Part shown: positions 44,201 through 59,200 of the stretch, one piece after another
Numbering within the stretch: position 1 is the first letter of the stretch
Layout: every line of letters begins with the position of its first letter
Source of the DNA: Squalus acanthias
Lineage: Eukaryota
Length of the DNA stretch: 64,000 nt
Assembly (NCBI GenBank): GCA_030390025.1
Contig: CM059432.1
Coordinates: forward strand, 129,830,001 to 129,894,000
Reading direction: 5' to 3'
Program-made: the position numbers and the translations under genes
Notes under the pieces: generated by a model
What the model saw: only the letters and a program-made list of their open reading frames with translations
What the model was told of the DNA's origin: nothing
Databases searched by the model: none

Positions 44201-47200
44201 GGTACAGACTGGTTTCAGTGTCTCGATGGTGTAGTGTTGATAATGTACAGACTGGTTTCAGTGTCTCGATGGTGTAGTGTTGATATGGTACAGACTGGTT
44301 TCAGTGTCTCGATGGTATCGTGTTGGTATGGTACAGACTGATTTCAGTGTCTCGATGGTGTAGTGTTGGTATGGTACAGACTGTTTTCAGTGTCTCTGAT
44401 GGTGTAGTGTTTGTATGGTACAGACTGGTTTCAGTACTCTGATGGTGTAGTGTTGGTATGGTACAGACTGTTATCAGTGGCTGATGGTGTAGTGTTGGTA
44501 TGGTACAGACTGGTTTCAGTGTCTAGTTGGTGTAGTGTTTGTATGGTACAGACTGGTTTCAGTACTCTGATGGTGTAGTGTTGGTATGGTACAGACTGTT
44601 TTCAGTGTCTCTGATGGTGTAGTGTTTGTATGGTACAGACTGGTTTCAGTGTCTAGTTGGTGTAGTGTTTGTATGGTACAGACTGGTTTCAGTGTCTCTG
44701 ATGGTGTAGTGTTGGTATGGTACAGATTGGTTTCAGTGTCTGATGGTGTAGTGTTGGTATGGTACAGACTGGTTTCAGTGTCTCTGATGGTGTAGTGTTG
44801 GTATGGTACAGACTGGTTTCAGTGTCTGATGGTGTAGTGTTGGTATGGTACAGACTGGTTTCAGTGTCTCTGATGGTGTAGTGTTGGTATGGTACAGACT
44901 GGTTTCAGTGTCTGATGGTATAGTGTTGGTATGGTACAGACTGGTTTCAGTGTCTCGATGGTGTAGTGTTGGTATGGTACAGACTGGTTTCAGTGTCTCG
45001 ATGGTGTAGTGTTGGTATGGTACAGACTGGTTTCAGTGTCTCGATGGTGTAGTGTTGGTATGGTACAGACTGGTTTCAGTGTCGGATGGTGTAGTGTTGG
45101 TATGGTACAGACTGGTTTCAGTGTCTCGATGGTGCAGTGTTTGTATGGTACAGACTGGTATCAGTGTCCAGATGGTGTAGTGTTGGTATGGTACAGACTG
45201 GTTTCAGTGTCTCGATGGTGCAGTGTTTGTATGGTACAGACTGTTATCAGTGTCTAGATCGTGTAGTGTTGGTATGGTACAGACTGGTTTCAGTGCTCTG
45301 ATGGTGTAGTGTTGGTATGGTACAGACTGGTTTCAGTGTCTGCTGGTGTAGTGTTGGTATGGTACAGACTGGTTTCAGTGCTCTGATGGTGTAGTGTTGG
45401 TATGCTACAGACTGGTTTCAGTGCTCTGATGGTGTAGTTTTGGTATGGTACAGACTGGTTGCAGTGCTCTGATGGTGTAGTGTTGGTATGGCACAGACTG
45501 GTTTCAGTGTCTCGATGGTGTAGTGTTGGTATGGTACAGACTGGTTTCAGTGCTCCGATGGTGTAGTTTTGGTATGGTACAGACTGATTTCGGTATCCAG
45601 ATGGTGTAGTGTTGTTATGGTACAGACTGGTTTCAGAGTCTCGATGGTGTAGTGTTGGTATGGTACAGACTGTTTTCAGAGTCTCGATGGTGTAGTGTTG
45701 GTATGGTACAGACTGGTTTCAGTGTCTGCTGGTGTAGTGTTGGTATGGTACAGATTGGTTTCAGTGCTCTAATGGTGTAGTGTTGGTATGGTACAGACTG
45801 GTTACAGTGCTCTGATGGTATAGTGTTGGTATGGTACAGACTGGTTTCACTGTCTCGATGGTGTAGTGTTGGTATGGTACAGAGTGGTTTCAGTGCTCTA
45901 ATGGTGTAGTGTTGTTATGGTACAGACTGGTTTCAGTGTCTGATGGTGTAGTGTTGGTTTGGTACAGACTGGTTTTAGTGTCGGATATTGTAGTGTTGGT
46001 ATGGTACAGACTGGTTTCAGTGTCTCGATGGTGCAGTGTTGGTATGGTACAGACTGTTTTCAGTGTCGGATGGTGTAGTGTTGGTATGGTACAGACTGGT
46101 ATCAGTGTCTGATGGTATAGTGTTGGTATGGCAAAGACTGTTTTCAGTGTCTCTGATGGTGTAGTGTTGGTATGGCACAGACTGTTTTCAGTGTCTCGAT
46201 GGTATAGTGTTGATATGGTACAGACTGGTTTCAGTGTCTGATGGTGTAGTGTTGGTATGGTACAGACTGGTTTCAGTGTCTCGATGGTGTAGTGTTGGTA
46301 TGGCACAGACTGTTTTCAGTGTCTCTGATGGTGTAGTGTTGGTATGGCACAGACTGTTTTCAGTGTCTCGATGGTATAGTGTTGATATGGTACAGACTGG
46401 TTTCAGTGTCTGATGGTGTAGTGTTGGTATGGTACAGACTGGTTTCAGTGTCTGATGTTGTAGTGTTGGTATGGTACAGACTGGTTTCAGTACTCTGATG
46501 GTGTAGTGTTGGTATGGTACAGACTGTTATCAGTGGCTGATGGTGTAGTGTTGGTATGGTACAGACTGGTTTCAGTGTCTAGTTGGTGTAGTGTTTGTAT
46601 GGTACAGACTGGTTTCAGTACTCTGATGGTGTAGTGTTGGTATGGTACAGACTGTTTTCAGTGTCTCTGATGGTGTAGTGTTTGTATGGTACAGACTGGT
46701 TTCAGTGTCTAGTTGGTGTAGTGTTTGTATGGTACAGACTGGTTTCAGTGTCTCTGATGGTGTAGTGTTGGTATGGTACAGATTGGTTTCAGTGTCTGAT
46801 GGTGTAGTGTTGGTATGGTACAGACTGGTTTCAGTGTCTCTGATGGTGTAGTGTTGGTATGGTACAGACTGGTTTCAGTGTCTGATGGTGTAGTGTTGGT
46901 ATGGGTCAGACTGGTTTCAGTGTCTCTGATGGTGTAGTGTTGGTATGGTACAAACTGGTTTCAGTGTCTGATGGTGTAGTGTTGGTATGGTACAAACTGG
47001 TTTCAGTGTCTCGATGGTGTAGTGTTGGTATGGTACAAACTGGTTTCAGTGTCTCGATGGTGTAGTGTTGGTATGGTACAGACTGGTTTCAGTGTCGGAT
47101 GGTGTAGTGTTGGTATGGTACAGACTGGTTTCAGTGTCTCGATGGTGCAGTGTTTGTATGGTACAGACTGGTATCAGTGTCCAGATCGTGTAGTGTTGGT

Positions 47201-50200
47201 ATGGTACAGACTGGTTTCAGTGTCTCGATGGTGCAGTGTTTGTATGGTACAGACTGTTATCAGTGTCTAGATCGTGTAGTGTTGGTATGGTACAGACTGG
47301 TTTCAATGCTCTGATGGTGTAGTGTTGGTATGGTACAGACTGGTTTCAGTGTCTGCTGGTGTAGTGTTGGTATGGTACAGATTGGTTTCAGTGCTCTGAT
47401 GGTGTAGTGTTGGTATGCTACAGACTGGTTTCAGTGCTCTGATGGTGTAGTTTTGGTACGGTACAGACTGGTTGCAGTGCTCTGATGGTGTAGTGTTGGT
47501 ATGGCACAGACTGGTTTCAGTGTCTCGATGGTGTAGTGTTGGTATGGTACAGACTGGTTTCAGTGCTCCGATGGTGTAGTTTTGGTATGGTACAGACTGA
47601 TTTCGGTATCCAGATGGTGTAGTGTTGTTATGGTACAGACTGGTTTCAGAGTCTCGATGGTGTAGTGTTGGTATGGTACAGACTGTTTTCAGAGTCTCGA
47701 TGGTGTAGTGTTGGTATGGTACAGACTGGTTTCAGTGTCTGCTGGTGTAGTGTTGGTATGGTACAGATTGGTTTCAGTGCTCTAATGGTGTAGTGTTGGT
47801 ATGGTACAGACTGGTTACAGTGCTCTGATGGTATAGTGTTGGTATGGTACAGACTGGTTTCACTGTCTCGATGGTGTAGTGTTGGTATGGTACAGATTGG
47901 TTTCAGTGCTCTAATGGTGTAGTGTTGTTATGGTACAAACTGGTTTCAGTGTCTGATGGTGTAGTGTTGGTTTGGTACAGACTGGTTTTAGTGTCGGATA
48001 TTGTAGTGTTGGTATGGTACAGACTGGTTTCAGTGTCTCGATGGTGCAGTGTTGGTATGGTACAGACTGTTTTCAGTGTCGGATGGTGTAGTGTTGGTAT
48101 GGTACAGACTGGTATCAGTGTCTAGATCGTGTAGTGTTGGTATGGTACAGACTGGTTTCAGTGTCTCGATGGTGTACTGTTGGTATGGTACAGACTGTTT
48201 TCAGTGTCTCGATGGTGTAGTGTTGGTATGGTACAGACTGGTTTCAGTGTCTGCTGGTGTAGTGTTGGTATGGTACAGACTGGTTTCAGTGCTCTGATGG
48301 TATAGTGTTGGTATGGTGCAGACTGGTTTCAGTGTCTGCTGGTGTAGTGTTGGTATGGTACAGATTGGTTTCAGTGCTCTGATGGTGTAGTGTAGGTATG
48401 CTACAGACTGGTTTCAGTGCTCTGATGGTGTAGTGTTGGTATGGTACAAACTGGTTTCAGTGTCTGATGGTGTAGTGTTGGTATGGTACAGACTGGTTTC
48501 AGTGTCTCGATGGAGTAGTGTTGGTGTGGTACAAACTGGTTTCAGTGTCTGATGGTGTAGTGTTGGTATGGTACAGACTGGTTTCACTGTCTTGATGGTG
48601 TAGTGTTGGTATGGTACAGACTGGTTTCACTGTCTCGATGGTGTAGTGTTGGTATGGTACAAACTGGTTTCAGTGTCTGATGGTGTAGTGTTGGTATGGT
48701 ACAGACTGGTTTCAGTGTCTGATGGTGCAGTGTTGGTATGGTACAAACTGGTTTCAGTGTCTGATGGTGTAGTGTTGGTATGGTACAGACTGTTTTCAGC
48801 GTCTCTGATGGTGTAGTGTTGGTATGGTAAAGACTGTTTTCAGTGTCTCTGATGGTGTAGTGTTGGTATGGTACAGACTGTTTTCAGTAATCTGATGGTG
48901 TAGTGTTGGTATGGTACAGACTGTTTTCAGCGTCTCTGATGGTGTAGTGTTGGTATGGTAAAGACTGTTTTCAGTGTCTCTGATGGTGTAGTGTTGGTAT
49001 GGTACAGACTGTTTTCAGTACTCTGATGGTGTAGTGTTGGTATGGTACAGACTGTATTCAGTGTCTCGATGGTGTAGTGTTGATATGGTACAGACTGGTT
49101 TCAGTGTCTCGATGGTGTAGTGTTGATAATGTACAGACTGGTTTCAGTGTCTCGATGGTGTAGTGTTGATATGGTACAGACTGGTTTAAGTGTCTCGATG
49201 GCATAGTGTTGGTATGGTACAGACTGGTTTCAGTGTCTCGATGGTGTTGTGTTGGTATGGTACAGACTGTTTTCAGTGTCTCTGATCGTGTAGTGTTGGT
49301 ATGGCACAGACTGTTTTCAGTGTCTCGATGGTATTGTGTTGATATGGTACAGACTGGTTTCAGTGTCTGATGGTGTAGTGTTGGTATGGTACAGACTGGT
49401 TTCAGTGTCTGATGATGTAGTGTTGGTATGGCACAGACTGTTTTCAGTGTCTCTGATGGTGTAGTGTTGGTATGGCACAGACTGTTTTCAGTGTCTCTGA
49501 TGGTGTAGTGTTGGTATGGCACAGACTGTTTTCAGTGTTTCGATGGCATAGTGTTGATATGGTACAGACTGGTTTCAGTGTCTGATGGTGTAGTGTTGGT
49601 ATGGTACAGACTGGTTTCAGTGTCTGATGGTGTAGTGTTGGTATGGCACAGACTGTTTTCAGTGTCTCTGATGGTGTAGTGTTGGTATGGCACAGACTGT
49701 TTTCAGTGTCTCGATGGTATAGTGTTGGTATGGTACAGACTGGTTTCAGTGTCTCGATGGTGTAGTGTTGGTATGGCACAGACTGTTTTCAGTGTCTCTG
49801 ATGGTGTAGTGTTGGTATGGCACAGACTGTTTTCAGTGTCTCGATGGTATAGTGTTGATATGGTACAGACTGGTTTCAGTGTCTGATGTTGTAGTGTTGG
49901 TATGGTACAGACTGGTTTCAGTGTCTGATGTTGTAGTGTTGGTATGGTACAGACTGGTTTCAGTACTCTGATGGTGTAGTGTTGGTATGGTACAGACTGT
50001 TATCAGTGGCTGATGTTGTAGTGTTGGTATGGTACAGACTGGTTTCAGTGTCTAGTTGGTGTAGTGTTTGTATGGTACAGACTGGTTTCAGTACTCTGAT
50101 GGTGTAGTGTTGGTATGGTACAGACTGTTTTCAGTGTCTCGATGGTGCAGTGTTGGTATGGTACAGACTGTTTTCAGTGTCGGATGGTGTAGTGTTGGTA

Positions 50201-53200
50201 TGGTACAGACTGGTATCAGTGTCTAGATCGTGTAGTGTTGGTATGGTACAGACTGGTTTCAGTGTCTCGATGGTGTACTGTTGGTATGGTACAGACTGTT
50301 TTCAGTGTCTCGATGGTGTAGTGTTGGTATGGTACAGACTGGTTTCAGTGTCTGCTGGTGTAGTGTTGGTATGGTACAGACTGGTTTCAGTGCTCTGATG
50401 GTATAGTGTTGGTATGGTGCAGACTGGTTTCAGTGTCTGCTGGTGTAGTGTTGGTATGGTACAGATTGGTTTCAGTGCTCTGATGGTGTAGTGTAGGTAT
50501 GGTACAAACTGGTTTCAGTGTCTGATGGTGTAGTGTTGGTATGGTACAAACTGGTTTCAGTGTCTGATGGTGTAGTGTTGGTATGGTACAGACTGGTTTC
50601 AGTGTCTCGATGGAGTAGTGTTGGTGTGGTACAAACTGGTTTCAGTGTCTGATGGTGTAGTGTTGGTATGGTACAGACTGGTTTCACTGTCTTGATGGTG
50701 TAGTGTTGGTATGGTACAGACTGGTTTCACTGTCTCGATGGTGTAGTGTTGGTATGGTACAAACTGGTTTCAGTGTCTGATGGTGTAGTGTTGGTATGGT
50801 ACAGACTGGTTTCAGTGTCTGATGGTGCAGTGTTGGTATGGTACAGACTGGTTTCAGTGTCTGATGGTGTAGTGTTGGTATGGTACAGACTGTTTTCAGC
50901 GTCTCTGATGGTGTAGTGTTGGTATGGTACAGACTGTTTTCAGTGTCTCTGATGGTGTAGTGTTGGTATGGTACAGACTGTTTTCAGTACTCTGATGGTG
51001 TAGTGTTGGTATGGTAAAGACTGTTTTCAGTGTCTCTGATGGTGTAGTGTTGGTATGGTACAGACTGTTTTCAGTACTCTGATGGTGTAGTGTTGGTATG
51101 GTACAGACTGGTATTCAGTGTCTCGATGGTGTAGTGTTGATATGGTACAGACTGGTTTCAGTGACTCGATGGTGTAGTGTTGATATGTACAGACTGGTTT
51201 CAGTGTCTCGATGGTGTAGTGTTGATATGGTACAGACTGGTTTAAGTGTCTCGATGGCATAGTGTTGGTATGGTACAGACTGGTTTCAGTGTCTCGATGG
51301 TGTTGTGTTGGTATGGTACAGACTGTTTTCAGTGTCTCTGATCGTGTAGTGTTGGTATGGCACAGACTGTTTTCAGTGTCTCGATGGTATTGTGTTGATA
51401 TGGTACAGACTGGTTTCAGTGTCTGATGGTGTAGTGTTGGTATGGTACAGACTGGTTTCAGTGTCTGATGATGTAGTGTTGGTATGGCACAGACTGTTTT
51501 CAGTGTCTCTGATGGTGTAGTGTTGGTATGGCACAGACTGTTTTCAGTGTCTCTGATGGTGTAGTGTTGGTATGGCACAGACTGTTTTCAGTGTTTCGAT
51601 GGCATAGTGTTGATATGGTACAGACTGGTTTCAGTGTCTGATGGTGTAGTGTTGGTATGGTACAGACTGGTTTCAGTGTCTGATGGTGTAGTGTTGGTAT
51701 GGCACAGACTGTTTTCAGTGTCTCTGATGGTGTAGTGTTGGTATGGCACAGACTGTTTTCAGTGTCTCGATGGTATAGTGTTGGTATGGTACTGACTGGT
51801 TTCAGTGTCTCGATGGTGTAGTGTTGGTATGGCACAGACTGTTTTCAGTGTCTCTGATGGTGTAGTGTTGGTATGGCACAGACTGTTTTCAGTGTCTCGA
51901 TGGTATAGTGTTGATATGGTACAGACTGGTTTCAGTGTCTGATGTTGTAGTGTTGGTATGGTACAGACTGGTTTCAGTGTCTGATGTTGTAGTGTTGGTA
52001 TGGTACAGACTGGTTTCAGTACTCTGATGGTGTAGTGTTGGTATGGTACAGACTGTTATCAGTGGCTGATGTTGTAGTGTTGGTATGGTACAGACTGGTT
52101 TCAGTGTCTAGTTGGTGTAGTGTTTGTATGGTACAGACTGGTTTCAGTACTCTGATGGTGTAGTGTTGGTATGGTACAGACTGTTTTCAGTGTCTCTGAT
52201 GGTGTAGTGTTTGTATGGTACAGACTGGTTTCAGTGTCTAGTTGGTGTAGTGTTTGTATGGTACAGACTGGTTTCAGTGTCTCTGATGGTGTAGTGTTGG
52301 TATGGTACAGATTGGTTTCAGTGTCTGATGGTGTAGTGTTGGTATGGTACAGACTGGTTTCAGTGTCTCTGATGGTGTAGTGTTGGTATGGTACAGACTG
52401 GTTTCAGTGTCTGATGGTGTAGTGTTGGTATGGGTCAGACTGGTTTCAGTGTCTCTGATGGTGTAGTGTTGGTATGGTACAAACTGGTTTCAGTGTCTGA
52501 TGGTGTAGTGTTTGTATGGAACAAACTGGTTTCAGTGTCTCGATGGTGTAGTGTTGGTATGGTACAAACTGGTTTCAGTGTCTCGATGGTGTAGTGTTGG
52601 TATGGTACAGACTGGTTTCAGTGTCGGATGGTGTAGTGTTGGTATGGTACAGACTGGTTTCAGTGTCTCGATGGTGCAGTGTTTGTATGGTACAGACTGG
52701 TATCAGTGTCTAGATCGTGTAGTGTTGGTATGGTACAGACTGGTTTCAGTGTCTCGATGGTGCAGTGTTTGTATGGTACAGACTGTTATCAGTGTCTAGA
52801 TCGTGTAGTGTTGGTATGGTACAGACTGGTTTCAGTGCTCTGATGGTGTAGTGTTGGTATGGTACAGACTGGTTTCAGTCTCCGATGGTGTAGTGCTGGT
52901 ATTGTACAGACTGGTTTCAGTGTCTGATGGTCTAGTGTTGGTATGGTACAGACTGGTTTCAGTGTCTGATGGTCTAGTGTTGGTATGGTACAGACTGGTT
53001 TCAGTGCTCTGATGGTGTAGTGTTGGTATGGTACAGACTGGTTTCAGTGTCTGATGGTGTAGTGTTGGTATGGTACAGACTGGTTTCAGTCTCCCGATGG
53101 TGTAGTGTTGGTGTGGTACAGACTGGTTTCAGTGTCTCGATGGTGTCGTGTTGATATGGTACAGACTGGTTTCAGTGTCTCGATGGTGTAGTGTTGGTAT

Positions 53201-56200
53201 GGTACAGACTGGTTTCAGTGTCTCTGATGGTGTAGTGTTGGTATGGCACAGCCTGTTTTCAGTGTCTCTGATGGTGTAGTGTTGGTATGGCACAGACTGT
53301 TTTCAGTGTCTCGATGGCATAGTGTTGATATGGTACAGACTGGTTTCAGTGTCTGATGGTGTAGTGTTGGTATGGTACAGACTGGTTTCAGTGTCTGATG
53401 GTGTAGTGTTGGTATGGCACAGACTGTTTTCAGTGTCTCTGATGGTGTAGTGTTGGTATGGCACAGACTGTTTTCAGTGTCTCGATGGTATAGTGTTGGT
53501 ATGGCACAGACTGTTTTCAGTGTCTCTGATGGTGTAGTGTTGGTATGGCACAGACTGTTTTCAGTGTCTCGATGGTATAGTGTTGATATGGTACAGACTG
53601 GTTTCAGTGTCTGATGGTGTAGTGTTGGTATGGTACAGACTGGTTTCAGTGTCTCGATGGTGTAGTGTTGGTATGGCACAGACTGTTTTCAGTGTCTCTG
53701 ATGGTGTAGTGTTGGTATGGCACAGACTGTTTTCAGTGTCTCGATGGTATAGTGTTGATATGGTACAGACTGGTTTCAGTGTCTGATGGTGTAGTGTTGG
53801 TATGGTACAGACTGGTTTCAGTGTCTGATGTTGTAGTGTTGGTATGGTACAGACTGGTTTCAGTACTCTGATGGTGTAGTGTTGGTATGGTACAGACTGT
53901 TATCAGTGGCTGATGGTGTAGTGTTGGTATGGTACAGACTGGTTTCAGTGTCTAGTTGGTGTAGTGTTTGTATGGTACAGACTGGTTTCAGTACTCTGAT
54001 GGTGTAGTGTTGGTATGGTACAGACTGTTTTCAGTGTCTCTGATGGTGTAGTGTTTGTATGGTACAGACTGGTTTCAGTGTCTAGTTGGTGTAGTGTTTG
54101 TATGGTACAGACTGGTTTCAGTGTCTCTGATGGTGTAGTGTTGGTATGGTACAGATTGGTTTCAGTGTCTGATGGTGTAGTGTTGGTATGGTACAGACTG
54201 GTTTCAGTGTCTCTGATGATGTAGTGTTGGTATGGTACAGACTGGTTTCAGTGTCTGATGGTGTAGTGTTGGTATGGGTCAGACTGGTTTCAGTGTCTCT
54301 GATGGTGTAGTGTTGGTATGGTACAAACTGGTTTCAGTGTCTGATGGTGTAGTGTTGGTATGGTACAAACTGGTTTCAGTGTCTCGATGGTGTAGTGTTG
54401 GTATGGTACAAACTGGTTTCAGTGTCTCGATGGTGTAGTGTTGGTATGGTACAGACTGGTTTCAGTGTCGGATGGTGTAGTGTTGGTATGGTACAGACTG
54501 GTTTCAGTGTCTCGATGGTGCAGTGTTTGTATGGTACAGACTGGTATCAGTGTCTAGATCGTGTAGTGTTGGTATGGTACAGACTGGTTTCAGTGTCTCG
54601 ATGGTGCAGTGTTTGTATGGTACAGACTGTTATCAGTGTCTAGATCGTGTAGTGTTGGTATGGTACAGACTGGTTTCAATGCTCTGATGGTGTAGTGTTG
54701 GTATGGTACAGACTGGTTTCAGTGTCTGCTGGTGTAGTGTTGGTATGGTACAGATTGGTTTCAGTGCTCTGATGGTGTAGTGTTGGTATGCTACAGACTG
54801 GTTTCAGTGCTCTGATGGTGTAGTTTTGGTACGGTACAGACTGGTTGCAGTGCTCTGATGGTGTAGTGTTGGTATGGCACAGACTGGTTTCAGTGTCTCG
54901 ATGGTGTAGTGTTGGTATGGTACAGACTGGTTTCAGTGCTCCGATGGTGTAGTTTTGGTATGGTACAGACTGATTTCGGTATCCAGATGGTGTAGTGTTG
55001 TTATGGTACAGACTGGTTTCAGAGTCTCGATGGTGTAGTGTTGGTATGGTACAGACTGTTTTCAGAGTCTCGATGGTGTAGTGTTGGTATGGTACAGACT
55101 GGTTTCAGTGTCTGCTGGTGTAGTGTTGGTATGGTACAGATTGGTTTCAGTGCTCTAATGGTGTAGTGTTGGTATGGTACAGACTGGTTACAGTGCTCTG
55201 ATGGTATAGTGTTGGTATGGTACAGACTGGTTTCACTGTCTCGATGGTGTAGTGTTGGTATGGTACAGACTGGTTTCAGTGTCTGCTGGTGTAGTGTTGG
55301 TATGGTACAGATTGGTTTCAGTGCTCTAATGGTGTAGTGTTGTTATGGTACAAACTGGTTTCAGTGTCTGATGGTGTAGTGTTGGTTTGGTACAGACTGG
55401 TTTTAGTGTCGGATATTGTAGTGTTGGTATGGTACAGACTGGTTTCAGTGTCTCGATGGTGCAGTGTTGGTATGGTACAGACTGTTTTCAGTGTCGGATG
55501 GTGTAGTGTTGGTATGGTACAGACTGGTATCAGTGTCTAGATCGTGTAGTGTTGGTATGGTACAGACTGGTTTCAGTGTCTCGATGGTGTACTGTTGGTA
55601 TGGTACAGACTGTTTTCAGTGTCTCGATGGTGTAGTGTTGGTATGGTACAGACTGGTTTCAGTGTCTGCTGGTGTAGTGTTGGTATGGTACAGACTGGTT
55701 TCAGTGCTCTGATGGTATAGTGTTGGTATGGTGCAGACTGGTTTCAGTGTCTGCTGGTGTAGTGTTGGTATGGTACAGATTGGTTTCAGTGCTCTGATGG
55801 TGTAGTGTTGGTATGCTACAGACTGGTTTCAGTGCTCTGATGGTGTAGTGTTGGTATGGTACAGACTGGTTTCACTGTCTCGATGGAGTAGTGTTGGTGT
55901 GGTACAAACTGGTTTCAGTGTCTGATGGTGTAGTGTTGGTATGGTACAGACTGGTTTCACTGTCTTGATGGTGTAGTGTTGGTATGGTACAGACTGGTTT
56001 CACTGTCTCGATGGTGTAGTGTTGGTATGGTACAAACTGGTTTCAGTGTCTGATGGTGTAGTGTTGGTATGGTACAGACTGGTTTCAGTGTCTGATGGTG
56101 CAGTGTTGGTATGGTACAAACTGGTTTCAGTGTCTGATGGTGTAGTGTTGGTATGGTACAGACTGGTTTCAGTGCTCTGATGGTGTCGTGTTGGTATGGT

Positions 56201-59200
56201 ACAGACTGGTTTCAGTCTCCCGATGGTGTAGTGCTGGTATGGTACAGACTGGTTTCAGTGTCTGATGGTCTAGTGTTGGTATGGTACAGACTGGTTTCAG
56301 TGTCTGATGGTCTAGTGCTGGTATGGTACAGACTGGTTTCAGTGCTCTGATGGTGTAGTGTTGGTATGGTACAGACTGGTTTCAGTGTCTGATGGTGTAG
56401 TGTTGGTATGGTACAGACTGGTTTCAGTCTCCCGATGGTGTAGTGTTGGTGTGGTACAGACTGGTTTCAGTGTCTCGATGGTGTAGCGTTGGTATGGTAC
56501 AAACTGGTTTCAGTGTCTGATGGTGTAGTGTTGGTATGGTACAGACTGGTTTCAGTGTCTGATGGTGCAGTGTTGGTATGGTACAAACTGGTTTCAGTGT
56601 CTGATGGTGTAGTGTTGGTATGGTACAGACTGGTTTCAGTGCTCTGATGGTGTCGTGTTGGTATGGTACAGACTGGTTTCAGTCTCCCGATGGTGTAGTG
56701 CTGGTATGGTACCGACTGGTTTCAGTGTCTGATGGTCTAGTGTTGGTATGGTACAGACTGGTTTTAGTCTCCCGATGGTGTAGTGTTGGTGTGGTACAGA
56801 CTGGTTTCAGTGTCTCTTTGGTGTCGTGTTGATATGGTACAGACTGGTTTCAGTGTCTCGATGGTGTAGTGTTGGTATGGTACAGACTGGTTTCAGTGTC
56901 TGATGGTGTAGTGTTGGTATGGTACAGACTGGTTTCAGTGTCTCATGTTGTAGTGTTGGTGTGGTACAGACTGGTTTCAGTGTCTGATGGTGTAGTGTTG
57001 ATAAGGTACAGACTGGTTTCAGTGGCTCGATGGTGTAGTGTTTGTATGGTACAGACTGGTTTCAGTGACTCGATGGTTCAGTGTTGGTATGGTACAGACT
57101 GGTTTCAGTGCTCTGATGGTGTAGTGTTGGTATGGTACAGACTGGTTTCAGTGCTCTAATGGTGGAGTGTTGGTATGGTGCAGACTGGTTTCAGTGTCTC
57201 GATGGTGCCGTGTTGATATGGTACAGACTGGTTTCAGTGTCTCGATGGTATCGTGTTGGTATGGTACAGACTGTTTTCAGTGTCTCGATGGTATAGTGTT
57301 GATATGGTACAGACTGGTTTCAGTGTCTCGATGGTGTAGTGTTGGTATGGTACAGACTGTTTTCAGTGTCTCTGATGGTGTAGTGTTGGTATGGTAAAGA
57401 CTGTTTTCAGTGTCTCTGATGGTGTAGTGTTGGTATGGTACAGACTGTTTTCAGTGTCTCTGATGGTGTAGTGTTGGTATGGTAAAGACTGGTTTCAGTA
57501 CTCTGATGGTGTAGTGTTGGTATGGTTCAGACTGTATTCAGTGTCTCGATGGTGTAGTGTTGGTATGGTACAGACTGGTTTCAGTGTCTCTGATGGTGTA
57601 GTGTTGGTATGGCACAGACTGTTTTCAGTGTCTCGATGGTATAGTGTTGATATGGTACAGACTGGTTTCAGTGTCTCGATGGTGTAGTGTTGGTATGGTA
57701 CAGACTGTTTTCAGTGTCTCTGATGGTGTAGTGTTGGTATGGTAAAGACTGTTTTCAGTGTCTCTGATGGTGTAGTGTTGGTATGGTACAGACTGTTTTC
57801 AGTGTCTCTGATGGTGTAGTGTTGGTATGGTAAAGACTGGTTTCAGTACTCTGATGGTGTAGTGTTGGTATGGTACAGACTGTATTCAGTGTCTCGATGG
57901 TGTAGTGTTGATATGGTACAGACTGGTTTCAGTGTCTCGATGGTGTAGTGTTGATAATGTACAGACTGGTTTCAGTGTCTCGATGGTGTAGTGTTGGTAT
58001 GGTACAGACTGGTTTCAGTGTCTGATGGTGTAGTGTTGGTATGGCACAGACTGTTTTCAGTGTCTCTGATGGTGTAGTGTTGGTATGGCACAGACTGTTT
58101 TCAGTGTCTCGATGTTATAGTGTTGGTATGGTACAGACTGGTTTCAGTGTCTCGATGGTGTAGTGTTGGTATGGCACAGACTGTTTTCAGTGTCTCTGAT
58201 GGTGTAGTGTTGGTATGGCACAGACTGTTTTCAGTGTCTCGATGGTATAGTGTTGATATGGTACAGACTGGTTTCAGTGTCTGATGGTGTAGTGTTGGTA
58301 TGGTACAGACTGGTTTCAGTGTCTGATGTTGTAGTGTTGGTATGGTACAGCCTGGTTTCAGTACTCTGATGGTGTAGTGTTGGTATGGTACAGACTGTTA
58401 TCAGTGTCTGATGGTGTAGTGTTGGTATGGTACAGACTGGTTTCAGTGTCTAGTTGGTGTAGTGTTTGTATGGTACAGACTGGTTTCAGTGTCTAGTTGG
58501 TGTAGTGTTTGTATGGTACAGACTGGTTTCAGTACTCTGATTGTGTAGTGTTGGTATGGTACAGACTGTTTTCAGTGTCTCTGATGGTGTCGTGTTTGTA
58601 TGGTACAGACTGGTTTCAGTGTCTAGTTGGTGTAGTGTTTGTATGGTACAGACTGATTTCAGTGTCTCTGATGGTGTAGTGTTGGTATGGTACAGATTGG
58701 TTTCAGTGTCTGATGGTGTAGTGTTGGTATGGTACAGACTGGTTTCAGTGTCTCTGATGGTGTAGTGTTGGTATGGTACAGACTGGTTTCAGTGTCTGAT
58801 GGTGTAGTGTTGGTATGGTACAGACTGTTTTCAGTGTCTCTGATGGTGTAGTGTTGGTATGGTACAGACTGTTTTCAGTGTCTGATGGTGTAGTGTTGGT
58901 ATGGGTCAGACTGGTTTCAGTGTCTCTGATGGTGTAGTGTTGGTATGGTACAGATTGGTTTCAGTGTCTGATGGTGTAGTGTTGGTATGGTACAGACTGG
59001 TTTCAGTGTCTCTGATGGTGTAGTGTTGGTATGGTACAGACTGGTTTCAGTGTCTGATGGTGTAGTTTTGGTATGGTACAGACTGGTTTCAGTACTCTGA
59101 TGGTGTAGTGTTGGTATGGTACAGACTGGTTTCAGTGTCTCGATGGTGTAGTGTTGATATGGTACAGACTGGTTTCAGTGTCTGATGGTGTAGTGTTGGT

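Noticed and set aside
58..58765. Dozens of 60-180 aa ORFs (VVLVWYRLVSVSDG and HTNTTPSDTETSLY repeats)
   Set aside because: They are translations of the monomer. Frames stay open only through chance runs of 42-bp or compensating units, and the frequent 43/44-bp units show no frame conservation.
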